From assembly GCA_001792465.1 (NCBI GenBank), contig MGGO01000008.1, positions 20,575-55,289 of the forward strand: a stretch of DNA of 34,715 nt, written 5' to 3'. The position numbers and the translations under genes were made by a program. This DNA is from Candidatus Woesebacteria bacterium RIFCSPHIGHO2_01_FULL_44_10 (GTDB lineage Bacteria; Patescibacteriota; Microgenomatia; UBA8517). Each line of letters begins with the position of its first letter. Within the stretch, counting starts at the first letter, position 1. The notes beneath the pieces are model-generated. The model was not told the origin of the DNA and made no database searches. It worked only from the letters and a program-made list of their open reading frames with translations. Positions 1 through 9,466 of this stretch are shown here, piece after piece.

Positions 1-1
1 T

Positions 2-1570
2 ATGCCTATGGCGAAACTCAAAAAGAGTGACGTTGAGCACGTAGCAAAGCTGGCGAACTTAACCCTCAGCCAAAAGGAACTCACGCAATACACCAAGCAA
101 CTGGAGGCAGTTTTAGATTACATGGACGTACTTAACGAATTAGACACTTCTGCCGTTGAACCTACTTACCAAATTTTAGACGACACCAAGAATATTTTTC
201 GGGAGGACAAAGTCCAGAGTTCTTTGACTCAAGATGATGCGCTTTCATCGGCAAAAGACACTTACAATGGTTTTTTTGTAGCAGCTGATGTATTTGGCTC
301 CAAAAAAGAAAAAAATATCCCCGAAAAAGCCACTTCCAGGATTAAATTAGATCAATATAACGCTATTCTTACAAAAGCTAATCCGGAAGGGAACTTAGGT
401 CACAAAGATCTTTTTGTGACCAAAGGTATAGAAACCACAGCTGGTTCAAGAGTATTAGCGGGCTATCTGCCTCAATATGATGGCACGGTAGTTAAACTTC
501 TCAAAGACGCAGGGTATGTTACCAAATACAAATTAAATCAAGACGCGTGGGGCCACGGTGCAAGCGGAGAAAACTCAGATTTTGGTCCGACAAAAAATCC
601 TTGGGATATGTCGAAAGTTTCCGGCGGTTCGTCTAGCGGCAGTGCGGTGGCGGTGGCTACTGGGGTGGTTGAGCTTGCGACCGCAACCGATACATGCGGG
701 TCAGTCAGAATGCCAGCTTCTTACACAAATGTTTGTGGGATAAAACCAACCTACGGAGCTGTGAGCAGATATGGGGTGATTGCTTTTGCCAGTAGTTTAG
801 ATTGTCCAAGCCTTATTTCATCCACAGTCACCAAACTTAGGAAATATTTTCAAATAATTTACAAAGGTGACCCCTTAGATGCAACCAGTCAGAGCAAAGC
901 CAGATCAGAGCATGTGGACAAGAAAGTCAAAAAGCTGGGCATACCAAGAGAATTTATTTCTGAAGGAATTGATAAAGAAACAAGAGAAATTTTTTTGAAG
1001 GCAACAGAGATCTATAAAAGTTTAGGCTATGAAATAGTGGATATTTCCCTTCCACATACCAAGTATGGCGTAGCAGCCTACTACATCATCGCTCCCACTG
1101 AAACAGCGAGCAATTTATCGCGATATGATGGGGTACGGTATGGCCACCCACGCTCTTTTTTTGGACCAGAGGCTAAGCGAAGAATCATGCTGGGGACGTT
1201 CGCCTCGTCAGCCGGCTATGTTGGTAGGTATTATGAGAAAGCGGCCAGGGCAAGAACGTTAATAAAAAGTGATTTGGCAAAAGCCTTTGAAAAGGTGGAT
1301 GCAATTGTGGCCCCCGTTTCACCTATTCCTCCGTATGACATAGGGGAGAAGGTAAACGACCCACTGCAGCTTTATTTAATGGATGTCTACGCAGCCCCAG
1401 CTAGTTTGTCTGGTGTTCCTTCCTTAGCTCTTCCTTGTGGGTTTACAAATTCTGGACTTCCAACGGGTATGCAGATTTTTGGTCCCAGATGGTCTGAAGG
1501 TGCACTCTTTGACTTGGGAGAAAAGTACCAAGCAAAAACAGACTGGCACAAGAAAAAGCCTAAAGTATGA
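2..1570 (+). CDS. gatA: GatC-GatA fusion: aspartyl/glutamyl-tRNA(Asn/Gln) amidotransferase subunit C domain fused in frame to the amidase-signature subunit A
   Basis: The first ~95 aa follow the GatC pattern (VEHVAKLANLTLSQKEL, EPTYQILD, FREDKV, NGFFVAADVF). The rest carries GatA/amidase motifs (KGIETTAGSRVL, NQDAWGHGASGENS, GGSSSGSAVAVATG, DTCGSVRMPAS, GIKPTYG). There is no stop between the two parts. It overlaps gatB by the 4-nt ATGA. Confidence 0.9.
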   Translation: MPMAKLKKSDVEHVAKLANLTLSQKELTQYTKQLEAVLDYMDVLNELDTSAVEPTYQILDDTKNIFREDKVQSSLTQDDALSSAKDTYNGFFVAADVFGSKKEKNIPEKATSRIKLDQYNAILTKANPEGNLGHKDLFVTKGIETTAGSRVLAGYLPQYDGTVVKLLKDAGYVTKYKLNQDAWGHGASGENSDFGPTKNPWDMSKVSGGSSSGSAVAVATGVVELATATDTCGSVRMPASYTNVCGIKPTYGAVSRYGVIAFASSLDCPSLISSTVTKLRKYFQIIYKGDPLDATSQSKARSEHVDKKVKKLGIPREFISEGIDKETREIFLKATEIYKSLGYEIVDISLPHTKYGVAAYYIIAPTETASNLSRYDGVRYGHPRSFFGPEAKRRIMLGTFASSAGYVGRYYEKAARARTLIKSDLAKAFEKVDAIVAPVSPIPPYDIGEKVNDPLQLYLMDVYAAPASLSGVPSLALPCGFTNSGLPTGMQIFGPRWSEGALFDLGEKYQAKTDWHKKKPKV

Positions 1571-2886
1571 GCAAATATCACCCCGTGATTGGATTGGAAG
1601 TGCATGTGGAGTTGGCAACTCAAAGCAAAATGTTTTGTGGCTGCCCAGCTGACCACTTTGCCGTTAGCCCCAACACTCAAACTTGCCCGGTGTGTTTGGG
1701 GTTGCCAGGGGCTTTGCCCGTACCCAATAAAAAGGCAGTAGAATGGACAATGATGTTAGGCTTGGCCCTTGATTGCAAGGTTAATCTCGAGTCTAAATTT
1801 GACCGCAAACATTATTTTTATCCAGACCTTCCTAAGGGTTACCAGATAAGCCAGTATGATGCGCCGCTTTGTGGGGTAGGAAAGCTAGGTAAAATACGAA
1901 TCAGGAGAGTTCATTTAGAGGAAGATACTGGTAAACTGCAGCACACAACACTCAATGGGAAGAAAGTTTCACTCGTTGATTTTAACCGCAGCGGTGTACC
2001 TTTGGTTGAAGTAGTTACCGAGCCGGATTTGACTTCTGCCCTGGAGGCTGAGAAATTTGCCAGGGAGTTGCAACTTATTATTCGATATTTGGGTATTTCT
2101 GACGCGGATATGGAAAAGGGCTCGATGAGATTAGAGGCCAATATATCCCTGGCCACTTCCGAAGTGGCCAAACTTCCAGGCTATAAGGTAGAGCTTAAGA
2201 ATATAAATTCTTTCGGGTTTATGAAAAAAGCAATTGGGGTTGAAATCAAGCGGCAAGAGGAAATTTTATCCTCAGGTAAAAAAGTTACTCAGGAAACCAG
2301 AGGTTATAGTGAAGAAACGGGTAAGACTTTTTCTCAGCGAACCAAAGAAGAAGAACAGGATTACCGTTATTTCCCTGAACCGGATATACCACCGATGAAA
2401 TATTCAAATAAACAAATAAACGAATTGTCAAATAAAATTCCAGAGTTGCCAAATGTCAAAAGAGAAAAATTAAAAAAACTTGGATTGTCAGTGAACTACG
2501 TTGAAGTTCTGGTCGCCGATAGGTCGCGGGCTGAGTATTTTGAACAGGCCCTTCGACAGGCTCAGGGTAAACTAGCCGAACCTGCTAAATTAATTGCTAG
2601 TGTAATGGTCAATCAAAATTTGGATCAAGATTTTCCCGAGCCGGCGGGACTGATTAGAAAATTGATAGAGCTGGGGAAGAGAAAGTATGTACAAGTAGAT
2701 GAGGTAGAAAAAGTAGTACAAGTAGTTCTGAAAGAAAACGGCAAAGCGGTGCAAGATTATAGTAAGGGTAAAAAAGAGGTCCTGGGCTTTTTGATCGGGC
2801 AAGTACAAGCCGGCCTGAAGGGCCAAGGCAACCCTAGGCAAATTCAAGAGATATTAGTAAATAGTCTGTCCGATGATCAAAACTAA
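1567..2886 (+). CDS. gatB: Aspartyl/glutamyl-tRNA(Asn/Gln) amidotransferase subunit B
   Basis: N-terminus YHPVIGLEVHVELATQSKMFCGC, CPVCLGLPGALPV, FDRKHYFYPDLPKGYQISQ and VHLEEDTGK match GatB. The C-terminal YqeY-like tail is present (GFLIGQVQAGLKGQGNP). Confidence 0.95.
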   Translation: MSKYHPVIGLEVHVELATQSKMFCGCPADHFAVSPNTQTCPVCLGLPGALPVPNKKAVEWTMMLGLALDCKVNLESKFDRKHYFYPDLPKGYQISQYDAPLCGVGKLGKIRIRRVHLEEDTGKLQHTTLNGKKVSLVDFNRSGVPLVEVVTEPDLTSALEAEKFARELQLIIRYLGISDADMEKGSMRLEANISLATSEVAKLPGYKVELKNINSFGFMKKAIGVEIKRQEEILSSGKKVTQETRGYSEETGKTFSQRTKEEEQDYRYFPEPDIPPMKYSNKQINELSNKIPELPNVKREKLKKLGLSVNYVEVLVADRSRAEYFEQALRQAQGKLAEPAKLIASVMVNQNLDQDFPEPAGLIRKLIELGKRKYVQVDEVEKVVQVVLKENGKAVQDYSKGKKEVLGFLIGQVQAGLKGQGNPRQIQEILVNSLSDDQN

Positions 2887-4114
2887 ACGTTTTTTACATC
2901 TTTGGTTTTCTCAGGCGCTCTCACAGCTGACGATTCAAATCATGAACTTTCTGATCATTGTGAGAATTTTTGAAGCTACCGGATCGACGATTGCCACTTC
3001 CATTATTTGGATTGCCTACGCCCTCCCGGCGATTGTTCTGGGACCTTTTGCAGCTGCATTGGTTGATCTGGTTGACCGCCGCAGGGTTCTCATGCTGACC
3101 AATTTGCTTCAAGCCGTGGCTGTTTTTCTTTACGCTTTGAGTGATCCGAAATATTTATTTTTGTCGTACGGAGTGGTTTTGGTTTACGCGCTTTTTAACC
3201 AATTTTATGTTCCTGCGGAAGCTGCTTCCCTGCGCCGGGTGGTGCCCAAAGAAAAACTGCCTCAAGCCAATGGCATTTTTTTTGTTACCCAAAACGTCTC
3301 TGTTGTAGCTGGTTTTGGCCTGGCTGGTATTTTAAACAGTTTTATTGGCTATAAAAATTCTTTTTTGGCAGCAGCCGTAATGCTTTTTTTTGCTTTTATC
3401 AGCGTTTCGCTTTTGCCCAGGATGCGCGTTAAAAATAACTTGGGTAAGCGCTTTGAAGCAAAGTTAGCTAACTTTTTTGTGAAAATTAAGGAAGGCTACA
3501 GCTTTATCCGTGGCCACAAAGACGTTTTATTTCCATTTCTTTTGCTCATCGCGCTGCACGTTGCCTTAATCATTGTGACAACTAACTTGCCGGCTATGGC
3601 ACAGGATTTGTTGCGCATCAGTCCAAGCTATGCAGGATTTCTAATTGCGGTTCCGGCAGGCATTGGTGCTGCTTTGGGAACTCTGACCATAACTAAAGTT
3701 ATGAAAAAAGAGGTTAGGAAAAAGAGCATCATCGAAATAGGACTTGTTGTCATGGGTACCGCAATTTGGGCAACGGCCATCCTCCTGCCACAGCTTACTA
3801 CTCCGCTCACACGGATTGTCGCTTCGGTAGTTCTTTTCATGGCCGCCGGTGCGTCTTTTGTCGCGGTTGTCGTCCCGGCTCAAACTTATATTCAAGAAAA
3901 AACACCTGACGCGCTGATGGGTAGAGTATTTGGAAATTTTTGGTTTTTGGCAACGATAGCAACAATTTTCCCGGTGATGTTTTCGGCGACTATTAGCGAT
4001 GTTTTGGGCGTGCGCACCTTACTATTTTTACTTGGCTTTTTGGCCTTTTTAGCACTTACCATTTCGCTTAAAGAGGGCCAAAAGATTATTGAAAATCAGG
4101 AGTATCAAAAATGA
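2873..4114 (+). CDS. MFS-type transporter (about 12 predicted TM helices)
   Basis: The protein is hydrophobic throughout. It has the MFS-like loop VDLVDRRRVLMLTNLLQ after TM2 and a two-halves architecture. It overlaps gatB at its 5' end and dnaE at its 3' end (ATGA). Confidence 0.8.
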   Translation: MIKTKRFLHLWFSQALSQLTIQIMNFLIIVRIFEATGSTIATSIIWIAYALPAIVLGPFAAALVDLVDRRRVLMLTNLLQAVAVFLYALSDPKYLFLSYGVVLVYALFNQFYVPAEAASLRRVVPKEKLPQANGIFFVTQNVSVVAGFGLAGILNSFIGYKNSFLAAAVMLFFAFISVSLLPRMRVKNNLGKRFEAKLANFFVKIKEGYSFIRGHKDVLFPFLLLIALHVALIIVTTNLPAMAQDLLRISPSYAGFLIAVPAGIGAALGTLTITKVMKKEVRKKSIIEIGLVVMGTAIWATAILLPQLTTPLTRIVASVVLFMAAGASFVAVVVPAQTYIQEKTPDALMGRVFGNFWFLATIATIFPVMFSATISDVLGVRTLLFLLGFLAFLALTISLKEGQKIIENQEYQK

Positions 4115-7100
4115 TTTCGCACTTTGTTCATCTCCACGTCCACAGCGAATACAGTTTGTTGGACGGACTGTCAAAAATTCACAAGTCCTCCGCGCTTTTT
4201 GACCACTTGAAAGAAAATGGCATGGATACATGCGCGATAACCGATCATGGGGTGATGTATGGAGTTATCGAATTTTACAAAGCTGCCAAAAGAGAAAACA
4301 TCAAGCCCATTATTGGCATGGAGGGCTACATAGAAAGAGGGACTAAAAAAAATTATCATCTGCTCCTTCTGGCTAAAAACGTCACGGGCTACCAAAACTT
4401 AATGAAATTAACCTCACTAGCTCACCTTGAGGGTTACTATTACAAACCTCGTTTTAATAGAGAAACTCTGGCCAAGTACTCGAAGGGGTTAATTTGTACT
4501 TCAGCCTGTCCGCAGGGTGAGCTGATGCAGGCTTTATTTGAAGACGACATCAAGTCCGCCCGGGAAATTGCCCGCTGGCATCAGGAGATTTTTGGTGAGG
4601 ATTATTATTTTGAACTGCAAAGGCACGATTACGCCGGTTGGGCGGCGCAGGCTAGCCTACCCGAAGTAAAAAATGATCTTGCTCAAATGGCCCAAAACGT
4701 TAAAAAGGCAGAAAGCGGCATTTTAACAATCAGTCGAGAACTGGGAATTCCACTTGTTGCCACTAACGATGCGCACTACATAAAAAAGACTGACGCAACT
4801 GCCCAAGATGCGCTTTTGTGTATCGCCACGGGTAAAAACATTTCCGACGTTAAAAGAATGCGTTTTATCGACACACCGGATTTTTACTTAAAGTCGTCAG
4901 AAGAGATGGTTGAAGTTTTTTCAGACTTGCCCGAGGCCATTAAAAACTCCCGAGTGATTGCGGATAAATGCAATATCGAAATAGCCTTGGGCCAGTATCA
5001 CTTCCCCGAAGTGAAGCTGCAAAAAGGCTTAACCGCAGAGGAACAGTTAAAAGCAGAAACGATGAAGGGCTTGCCCAAACGCTATCCAAAGATAACCAAA
5101 GAAATTCGGCAACGAGTAAAAAGCGAGCTTGAGGTAATTATCTCCAAAGGCTATGCGGGCTACTTCTTAATTTTTCAGGATATGGCCCACTGGGCGGAGG
5201 CTAGGAATATTCCAATCAATACCCGAGGATCGGTGGCAGGTTCTATCGTGTCCTACAGCCTGAGAATTACCCAAGTTGACCCGATTCGTTTTTTACTCCC
5301 TTTTGAGCGGTTTTTAAACCCTAAACGGCCAAGCGCGCCTGACATAGACCTTGATATTGCCGATGACAAGCGCGAGGAAATGATCGCTTACTTAACCCAG
5401 AAATATGGGAGGGAAAAAGTTGCTCAGATTTGTACTTTTGGCAGAATGCTTGCGCGCGGTTCAGTAAGGGACAGTGCCCGTGTTATGGGCTACGACTACG
5501 CAACCGGCGACAGGATTGCCAAATTAATACCCATCGGTTCACAGGGCTTTCCCATGACCCTAAACCGAGCCTTGGAGGAAAGCATTGAACTGGCTCACCT
5601 AGTCAAGTCGGATGATGACGCTAAAAAAGTAATCACTTTGGCAAAACAAATCGAGGGCAACGCCAGGCACATTTCGGTCCACGCTGCCGGAGTTGTCATT
5701 TCCCCAACCACTTTAACCGATTTTACCCCCTTACAAAAAGAACCATCAGGAGAAAGACTAATTACTCAGTATGAAATGTGGTCAATTGACGATGTGGGCT
5801 TGGTTAAGCTTGACATCCTGGGTATCAGAAACCTGTCGATACTGGGGAAAGCGATTGAACTGGTCAGTCGAACTAGAAAGATTAAGGTAAACCTAAGCGG
5901 TCTACCTTTGGATGACAAAAAAACTTTTGAGATGCTCTCAAGGGGTGAAACAATGGGTACTTTTCAGCTCGGGGGTTCGGGGATGACGAGATATTTGGTT
6001 GACTTAAAGCCTGAAAAAGTTGAGGACTTGATGATCATGGTCGCTCTTTACAGGCCCGGGCCGATGAACAACATTGACGAATATATTGCCCGGAAACACG
6101 GCAAGAAAAAGGTCGTATATTATCACCCTAAAATGGAGAAGTTTTTAGCTAAATCTCTGGGGGTTTTAGTTTATCAAGATGACCTTTTATATACCGCGCT
6201 GGAGCTTGCCGGGTATGACTGGTTGGAGGTCGATAAATTCAGAAAAGCCGTCGGTAAAAAAATTCCGGAAGAGATGGCCCACCAGCACAAAAGATTCGTG
6301 GAAGGGTGTGTGAAGTTTTCCGAAATGACCAAAAAGGAGGCAGAAGGGCTTTGGAAGCTTTTTGAACCCTTTCAAGGTTACGGGTTTAACAAAGCCCACG
6401 CGGCAAGCTACGGAATGGTGGCTTACCAAACCGCCTATATGAAAGCCAATTACCCGGTTGAGTTTATGACCGCGGTTTTGACTGCAGAATCCTCGGATAA
6501 AGATAAAATTTCAGCGGCTGTGGCTGAATGCAGAAGGATGGGCATTGCCGTTTTGCCGCCGGACATTAATGAAAGCGCAGTTGATTTTACGGTGGTCAAG
6601 GAAGGCATTCGTTTTGGCCTCTCTGCCATTAAAAACGTCGGGGGTGCTGCTATCGAGGCAATTCTTTCAGCCAGAAAAGCCGGGCCTTTTTTATCTTTTG
6701 TAGATTTTGTTTCGCGGGTCGATAATCGAAAAGTCAACAAAAAAGTGGTGGAAAGTTTGATAAAAGTTGGGGCACTCTCGCCATTTGGCAGCCGGGCGGG
6801 GCTGCTTTCGTCTATGGACGGGGTTCGAGCCAGCATTCCTAAAAAAAACCACCATGAAGGCCAGCAAGGGCTTTTTGGCAGTCAAGCGACAAGCATTCTT
6901 AAAAGATCAGTAAAAACTTATGATACACCGGAATTAGATGATGAGGAAGTTCAAAGCTTAGAAAGGCAGCTGTTGGGCTTTTCACTTTCCGCCAAACCGG
7001 TGAGCGAAATACTCGAACCCATTGCTGCGCTTGCTACCCACAGAATTACAGATATAACCAGTGAGTTCAGTAAGGCCTCGCTGGTCAAGCTAGCTTGCGT

Positions 7101-7332
7101 GATTAGTGATGTACGAATCGTGATAACAAAAAGAACCGGACAAGAAATGGCATTTGCCCAAGTTAATGATGGAACGGGGTCAGTCACCATCGTAATTTTT
7201 CCCAGGCTTTTTGCCCAAATCCATGACCTGCTTGTTGATCACAAAGCCGTTTTAGTCACGGGCAAACTTGATGACCGCGGAGATGAAATATCAGTTCTGG
7301 CAGACGAGATTGTAAGTCCGAAGCTAGAATGA
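4111..7332 (+). CDS. dnaE: DNA polymerase III alpha subunit
   Basis: PHP domain [13 protein letters not shown], polymerase core motifs ([48 protein letters not shown]) and a C-terminal OB-fold region. 1073 aa with no intein-like insert. Confidence 0.97.
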   Translation: MISHFVHLHVHSEYSLLDGLSKIHKSSALFDHLKENGMDTCAITDHGVMYGVIEFYKAAKRENIKPIIGMEGYIERGTKKNYHLLLLAKNVTGYQNLMKLTSLAHLEGYYYKPRFNRETLAKYSKGLICTSACPQGELMQALFEDDIKSAREIARWHQEIFGEDYYFELQRHDYAGWAAQASLPEVKNDLAQMAQNVKKAESGILTISRELGIPLVATNDAHYIKKTDATAQDALLCIATGKNISDVKRMRFIDTPDFYLKSSEEMVEVFSDLPEAIKNSRVIADKCNIEIALGQYHFPEVKLQKGLTAEEQLKAETMKGLPKRYPKITKEIRQRVKSELEVIISKGYAGYFLIFQDMAHWAEARNIPINTRGSVAGSIVSYSLRITQVDPIRFLLPFERFLNPKRPSAPDIDLDIADDKREEMIAYLTQKYGREKVAQICTFGRMLARGSVRDSARVMGYDYATGDRIAKLIPIGSQGFPMTLNRALEESIELAHLVKSDDDAKKVITLAKQIEGNARHISVHAAGVVISPTTLTDFTPLQKEPSGERLITQYEMWSIDDVGLVKLDILGIRNLSILGKAIELVSRTRKIKVNLSGLPLDDKKTFEMLSRGETMGTFQLGGSGMTRYLVDLKPEKVEDLMIMVALYRPGPMNNIDEYIARKHGKKKVVYYHPKMEKFLAKSLGVLVYQDDLLYTALELAGYDWLEVDKFRKAVGKKIPEEMAHQHKRFVEGCVKFSEMTKKEAEGLWKLFEPFQGYGFNKAHAASYGMVAYQTAYMKANYPVEFMTAVLTAESSDKDKISAAVAECRRMGIAVLPPDINESAVDFTVVKEGIRFGLSAIKNVGGAAIEAILSARKAGPFLSFVDFVSRVDNRKVNKKVVESLIKVGALSPFGSRAGLLSSMDGVRASIPKKNHHEGQQGLFGSQATSILKRSVKTYDTPELDDEEVQSLERQLLGFSLSAKPVSEILEPIAALATHRITDITSEFSKASLVKLACVISDVRIVITKRTGQEMAFAQVNDGTGSVTIVIFPRLFAQIHDLLVDHKAVLVTGKLDDRGDEISVLADEIVSPKLE

Positions 7333-7338
7333 TAAAAT
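7330..7338 (+). promoter_or_regulatory. Extended -10 element TGATAAAAT, 7 nt upstream of the rplS ATG (it overlaps the dnaE stop codon)
   Basis: Read directly: TGATAAAAT, then tagtacc, then ATG at 7346. There is no Shine-Dalgarno sequence in the gap. The identical 9-mer sits upstream of uvrB. Confidence 0.35.
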
Positions 7339-7345
7339 AGTACCC

Positions 7346-7783
7346 ATGGCGTTAAATGTGAAGTTAGGTGAAGTTGAATTTGGTGTTGGTGATGAGGTTG
7401 CCGTTCACCAAAAAATTAAAGAGGGAGAAAAGGAAAGAACCCAGGTATTTGAAGGTATGGTGATTAAAATCCGTGGCCGCGGCGAAAACAAAAGCTTCAC
7501 CGTGAGGCGCGTCGGAGCGCAGAAAATTGGTATTGAACGCATTTTCCCACTTGAATCTCCGGTTATTGAAAAAATTGAAGTGTCAAGGTCCGGCACTAAG
7601 GGTGTTAAGCGAAGTAAGCTTTATTACACCAGGGGCAAAAGCGCCAGAGATATTGAGCAAATCTATGCCCGGGCCAAGCGCAGGGAAGAAGCAAAACAGG
7701 CCAAGCCAAAGCCTAAAAGAAAAGTAAAAGCAAAGAAAAAAGCACTACCCAAAAAGATGGCTTCGAAAAAGACTTCAAAATAG
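7346..7783 (+). CDS. rplS: 50S ribosomal protein L19 with a Lys-rich C-terminal extension
   Basis: The L19 core is present ([41 protein letters not shown]). It is followed by a ~30-aa KxK-rich tail ([19 protein letters not shown]). Confidence 0.95.
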   Translation: MALNVKLGEVEFGVGDEVAVHQKIKEGEKERTQVFEGMVIKIRGRGENKSFTVRRVGAQKIGIERIFPLESPVIEKIEVSRSGTKGVKRSKLYYTRGKSARDIEQIYARAKRREEAKQAKPKPKRKVKAKKKALPKKMASKKTSK

Positions 7784-7786
7784 TAT

Positions 7787-8038
7787 ATGATTAAGATAAT
7801 GCCCAATTTTGAAGCACTCAATTTTAAATCAGCTCTTTGGGGCCCAATGGCTGGATTCCCGGTTTTTTTGGTTGCGGCCTTAGTGCTTTGGGATGTTGTT
7901 TGGAAGGGCCTTGCGCTTTGGAGGTCAGCGAGGCATGAACAAAAGGGTTGGTTCATAGCCCTTCTTATTTTAAACACCGCCGGAATTATACCAATTCTTT
8001 ACCTGGCTTTTTTTCAGAAGAAAACAAAAAAGAAATAA
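7787..8038 (+). CDS. Small two-TM membrane protein (DUF5652-like)
   Basis: Two hydrophobic helices flank WKGLALWRSARHEQKGWFIALLILNTAGIIPILYL, and the protein ends in a basic tail. The family name is from memory of similar small CPR proteins. Confidence 0.6.
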   Translation: MIKIMPNFEALNFKSALWGPMAGFPVFLVAALVLWDVVWKGLALWRSARHEQKGWFIALLILNTAGIIPILYLAFFQKKTKKK

Positions 8039-8320
8039 CTAGTTGGTGGGGTGGTAACGATTTATGCGTCCTTCAAGGTCGTTAAACATTTTAATGGTTG
8101 GCGAGCTGGTCGCAACTCTAGAGATTCGTGTGGCAAGATCAATCTTGGCTTTAGAAACATGTAGCTTTAGTCGCCTTTCCATTTTTAACAAATCGATTTT
8201 AGTTGCGAAATCCTTGAGATCGTCTTTTGTAGCAAGTTTTTTGAGGTCATCTTTGGTGGCAAAAATTCCTTTTAGAAGTTTGACATCTGCCTGATTGAGT
8301 CTGGGTTTGACGGAAACCAT
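8039..8320 (-). CDS. Hypothetical coiled-coil protein with ATKxDL repeats
   Basis: This is the only minus-strand ORF in the first 18 kb. It contains repeated FATKDDLKKLATKDDLKDFATKIDLLK heptad-like units. An ATG lies at 8320, and the ORF track extends to a GTG at 8335. Its stop codon abuts the stop codon of the convergent upstream gene. Confidence 0.5.
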   Translation of the reverse strand: MVSVKPRLNQADVKLLKGIFATKDDLKKLATKDDLKDFATKIDLLKMERRLKLHVSKAKIDLATRISRVATSSPTIKMFNDLEGRINRYHPTN

Positions 8321-8339
8321 AACTGATTTAAACACAAAA

Positions 8340-8348
8340 TGCTATAAT
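8340..8348 (+). promoter_or_regulatory. Extended -10 element TGCTATAAT, 6 nt upstream of the ruvC ATG
   Basis: Read directly: TGCTATAAT, then cagtca, then ATG at 8355. No SD sequence is present. Confidence 0.4.
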
Positions 8349-8354
8349 CAGTCA

Positions 8355-8870
8355 ATGCTGATTTTAGGGATTGATCCGGGGACGGCAACCACAGGATATG
8401 GCTTAGTTGAGACGAATGGCGGAAGCGCTTTAGCAGTGGTTAAATATGGTCTCATTGAGACAGGAAAAGACGGGACTCCGGAAAAAAGGCTCGCCATAAT
8501 TCATCGGCAGCTAACAAGCATAATTGACAAATACAAACCGGATGTTATGGCAATCGAAATGCTTTTTTTTGCTACAAACGCCAAGACGGCTATGCGGGTC
8601 GGCCAAGCCTGTGGAGCAATTATGCTTTCTGCCGCGCACAGCCATCTACCCTTGGTTGAATATGCTCCCGGTAAAATAAAAAAGACGGTAACCGGCAGCG
8701 GTCGCGCCGACAAAGATGCGATTCAAAAGAGCGTTCGGGAACATCTGGGCGCGGCTGTTCGCAAAGTCAAAGGTAAAAAAACGCATTTTGATAATACGGC
8801 GGATGCATTAGCGGTTGCAATTTGTCATATTAAAGAATTAGAGGGGGTGATAACTAGTGGCCAAAATTAA
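8355..8870 (+). CDS. ruvC: Crossover junction endodeoxyribonuclease RuvC
   Basis: MLILGIDPGTATTGYG is a canonical RuvC N-terminus. Also present are AIEMLFF, GQACGAI and ADALAVAICH. The upstream 20 codons in the ORF track look non-coding. Confidence 0.92.
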   Translation: MLILGIDPGTATTGYGLVETNGGSALAVVKYGLIETGKDGTPEKRLAIIHRQLTSIIDKYKPDVMAIEMLFFATNAKTAMRVGQACGAIMLSAAHSHLPLVEYAPGKIKKTVTGSGRADKDAIQKSVREHLGAAVRKVKGKKTHFDNTADALAVAICHIKELEGVITSGQN

Positions 8871-9108
8871 AGTCGGGCGAGTGTCTCATTACTACGACAA
8901 GTTAGGCGTTGCGATTATTGACCTAACTGGTGCCCTTTCTGTGGGGGACAAGGTAGTTTTTGAAAGAGGGGGAGAAGAGCTGTTTAGCGAAACGGTTGGT
9001 TCGATACAAATAGAACATGATCAGGTTGAAAGCGCCGGCAAGGGTGATATAGTAGGTGTCAAGGTCAATGAGGTGGTCAAAGAAGGCGCGGAGGTTTACA
9101 AGCTCTGA
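8857..9108 (+). CDS. Small EF-Tu domain II-like beta-barrel protein (translation elongation factor-like protein)
   Basis: GTG start preceded by GAGGGGG. The pattern HYYDKLGVAIIDL..LSVGDKVVFE......IQIEHDQVESAGKGDIVGVKV...VKEGAEVYK matches the ~85-aa family common in archaea and CPR. Confidence 0.7.
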   Translation: MAKIKVGRVSHYYDKLGVAIIDLTGALSVGDKVVFERGGEELFSETVGSIQIEHDQVESAGKGDIVGVKVNEVVKEGAEVYKL

Positions 9109-9466
9109 AGCGGTTGATATTAAAAAAAGAGTTGTCTATTTGGTCGGCAAGATTGGGGTTTACTGGATTGAGACTTCACGTATTTTCTGCATAAGAAGCG
9201 AAAACTCCACTTCAAGAGCGATGGCGCGCATCTGGGGTTTAAATAATATTTGGCAAAAAGCGCTCAAACAAGACCCTGCGTATGTACTTGAGGTTATCTC
9301 AGAACGCTTTGACCGTCTTCCACAGCATAAGCAAGACGAGATTTTAATCCACGAGCTGGCCCACGTCCCTCGAAATTTTTCCGGCGCGCTTTTACCTCAC
9401 AGTCGTCGTCGCGGCAGCTTCCACGATAAATTAAAAATAATGCTCGCAGCTTATAAAAAATTATGA
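9056..9466 (+). CDS. Predicted zinc metallopeptidase, archaeal COG4900-like; start uncertain
   Basis: An HELAH zinc motif lies in ILIHELAHVPRNFSG. It is preceded by RIFCIRSENSTSRAMARIWGL, as in COG4900 proteins. The ATG at 9056 overlaps the previous gene by 53 nt. No better in-frame start lies upstream of the conserved region. Confidence 0.55.
   Translation: MSRSMRWSKKARRFTSSEAVDIKKRVVYLVGKIGVYWIETSRIFCIRSENSTSRAMARIWGLNNIWQKALKQDPAYVLEVISERFDRLPQHKQDEILIHELAHVPRNFSGALLPHSRRRGSFHDKLKIMLAAYKKL

Noticed and set aside
6450-6836. Long antisense ORFs inside dnaE, uvrA, uvrB, gpmI, eno and others in the ORF track
   Set aside because: All lie fully within strongly supported conserved genes on the opposite strand. 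They have biased, low-complexity translations and no start-site signals, so they are shadow ORFs.
8064-8294. Plus-strand 76-aa ORF opposite the coiled-coil gene
   Set aside because: Its Ser/Leu/Arg-rich, low-complexity translation looks like the shadow of the repeat-containing minus-strand ORF. It has no start context or coupling to its neighbours. I kept the minus-strand call, with only moderate confidence.
8295-8354. 20-codon N-terminal extension of ruvC in the ORF track
   Set aside because: Canonical RuvC begins at MLILGIDPG. The extension would swallow the TGCTATAAT box at 8340-8348 and overlap the divergent minus-strand gene.
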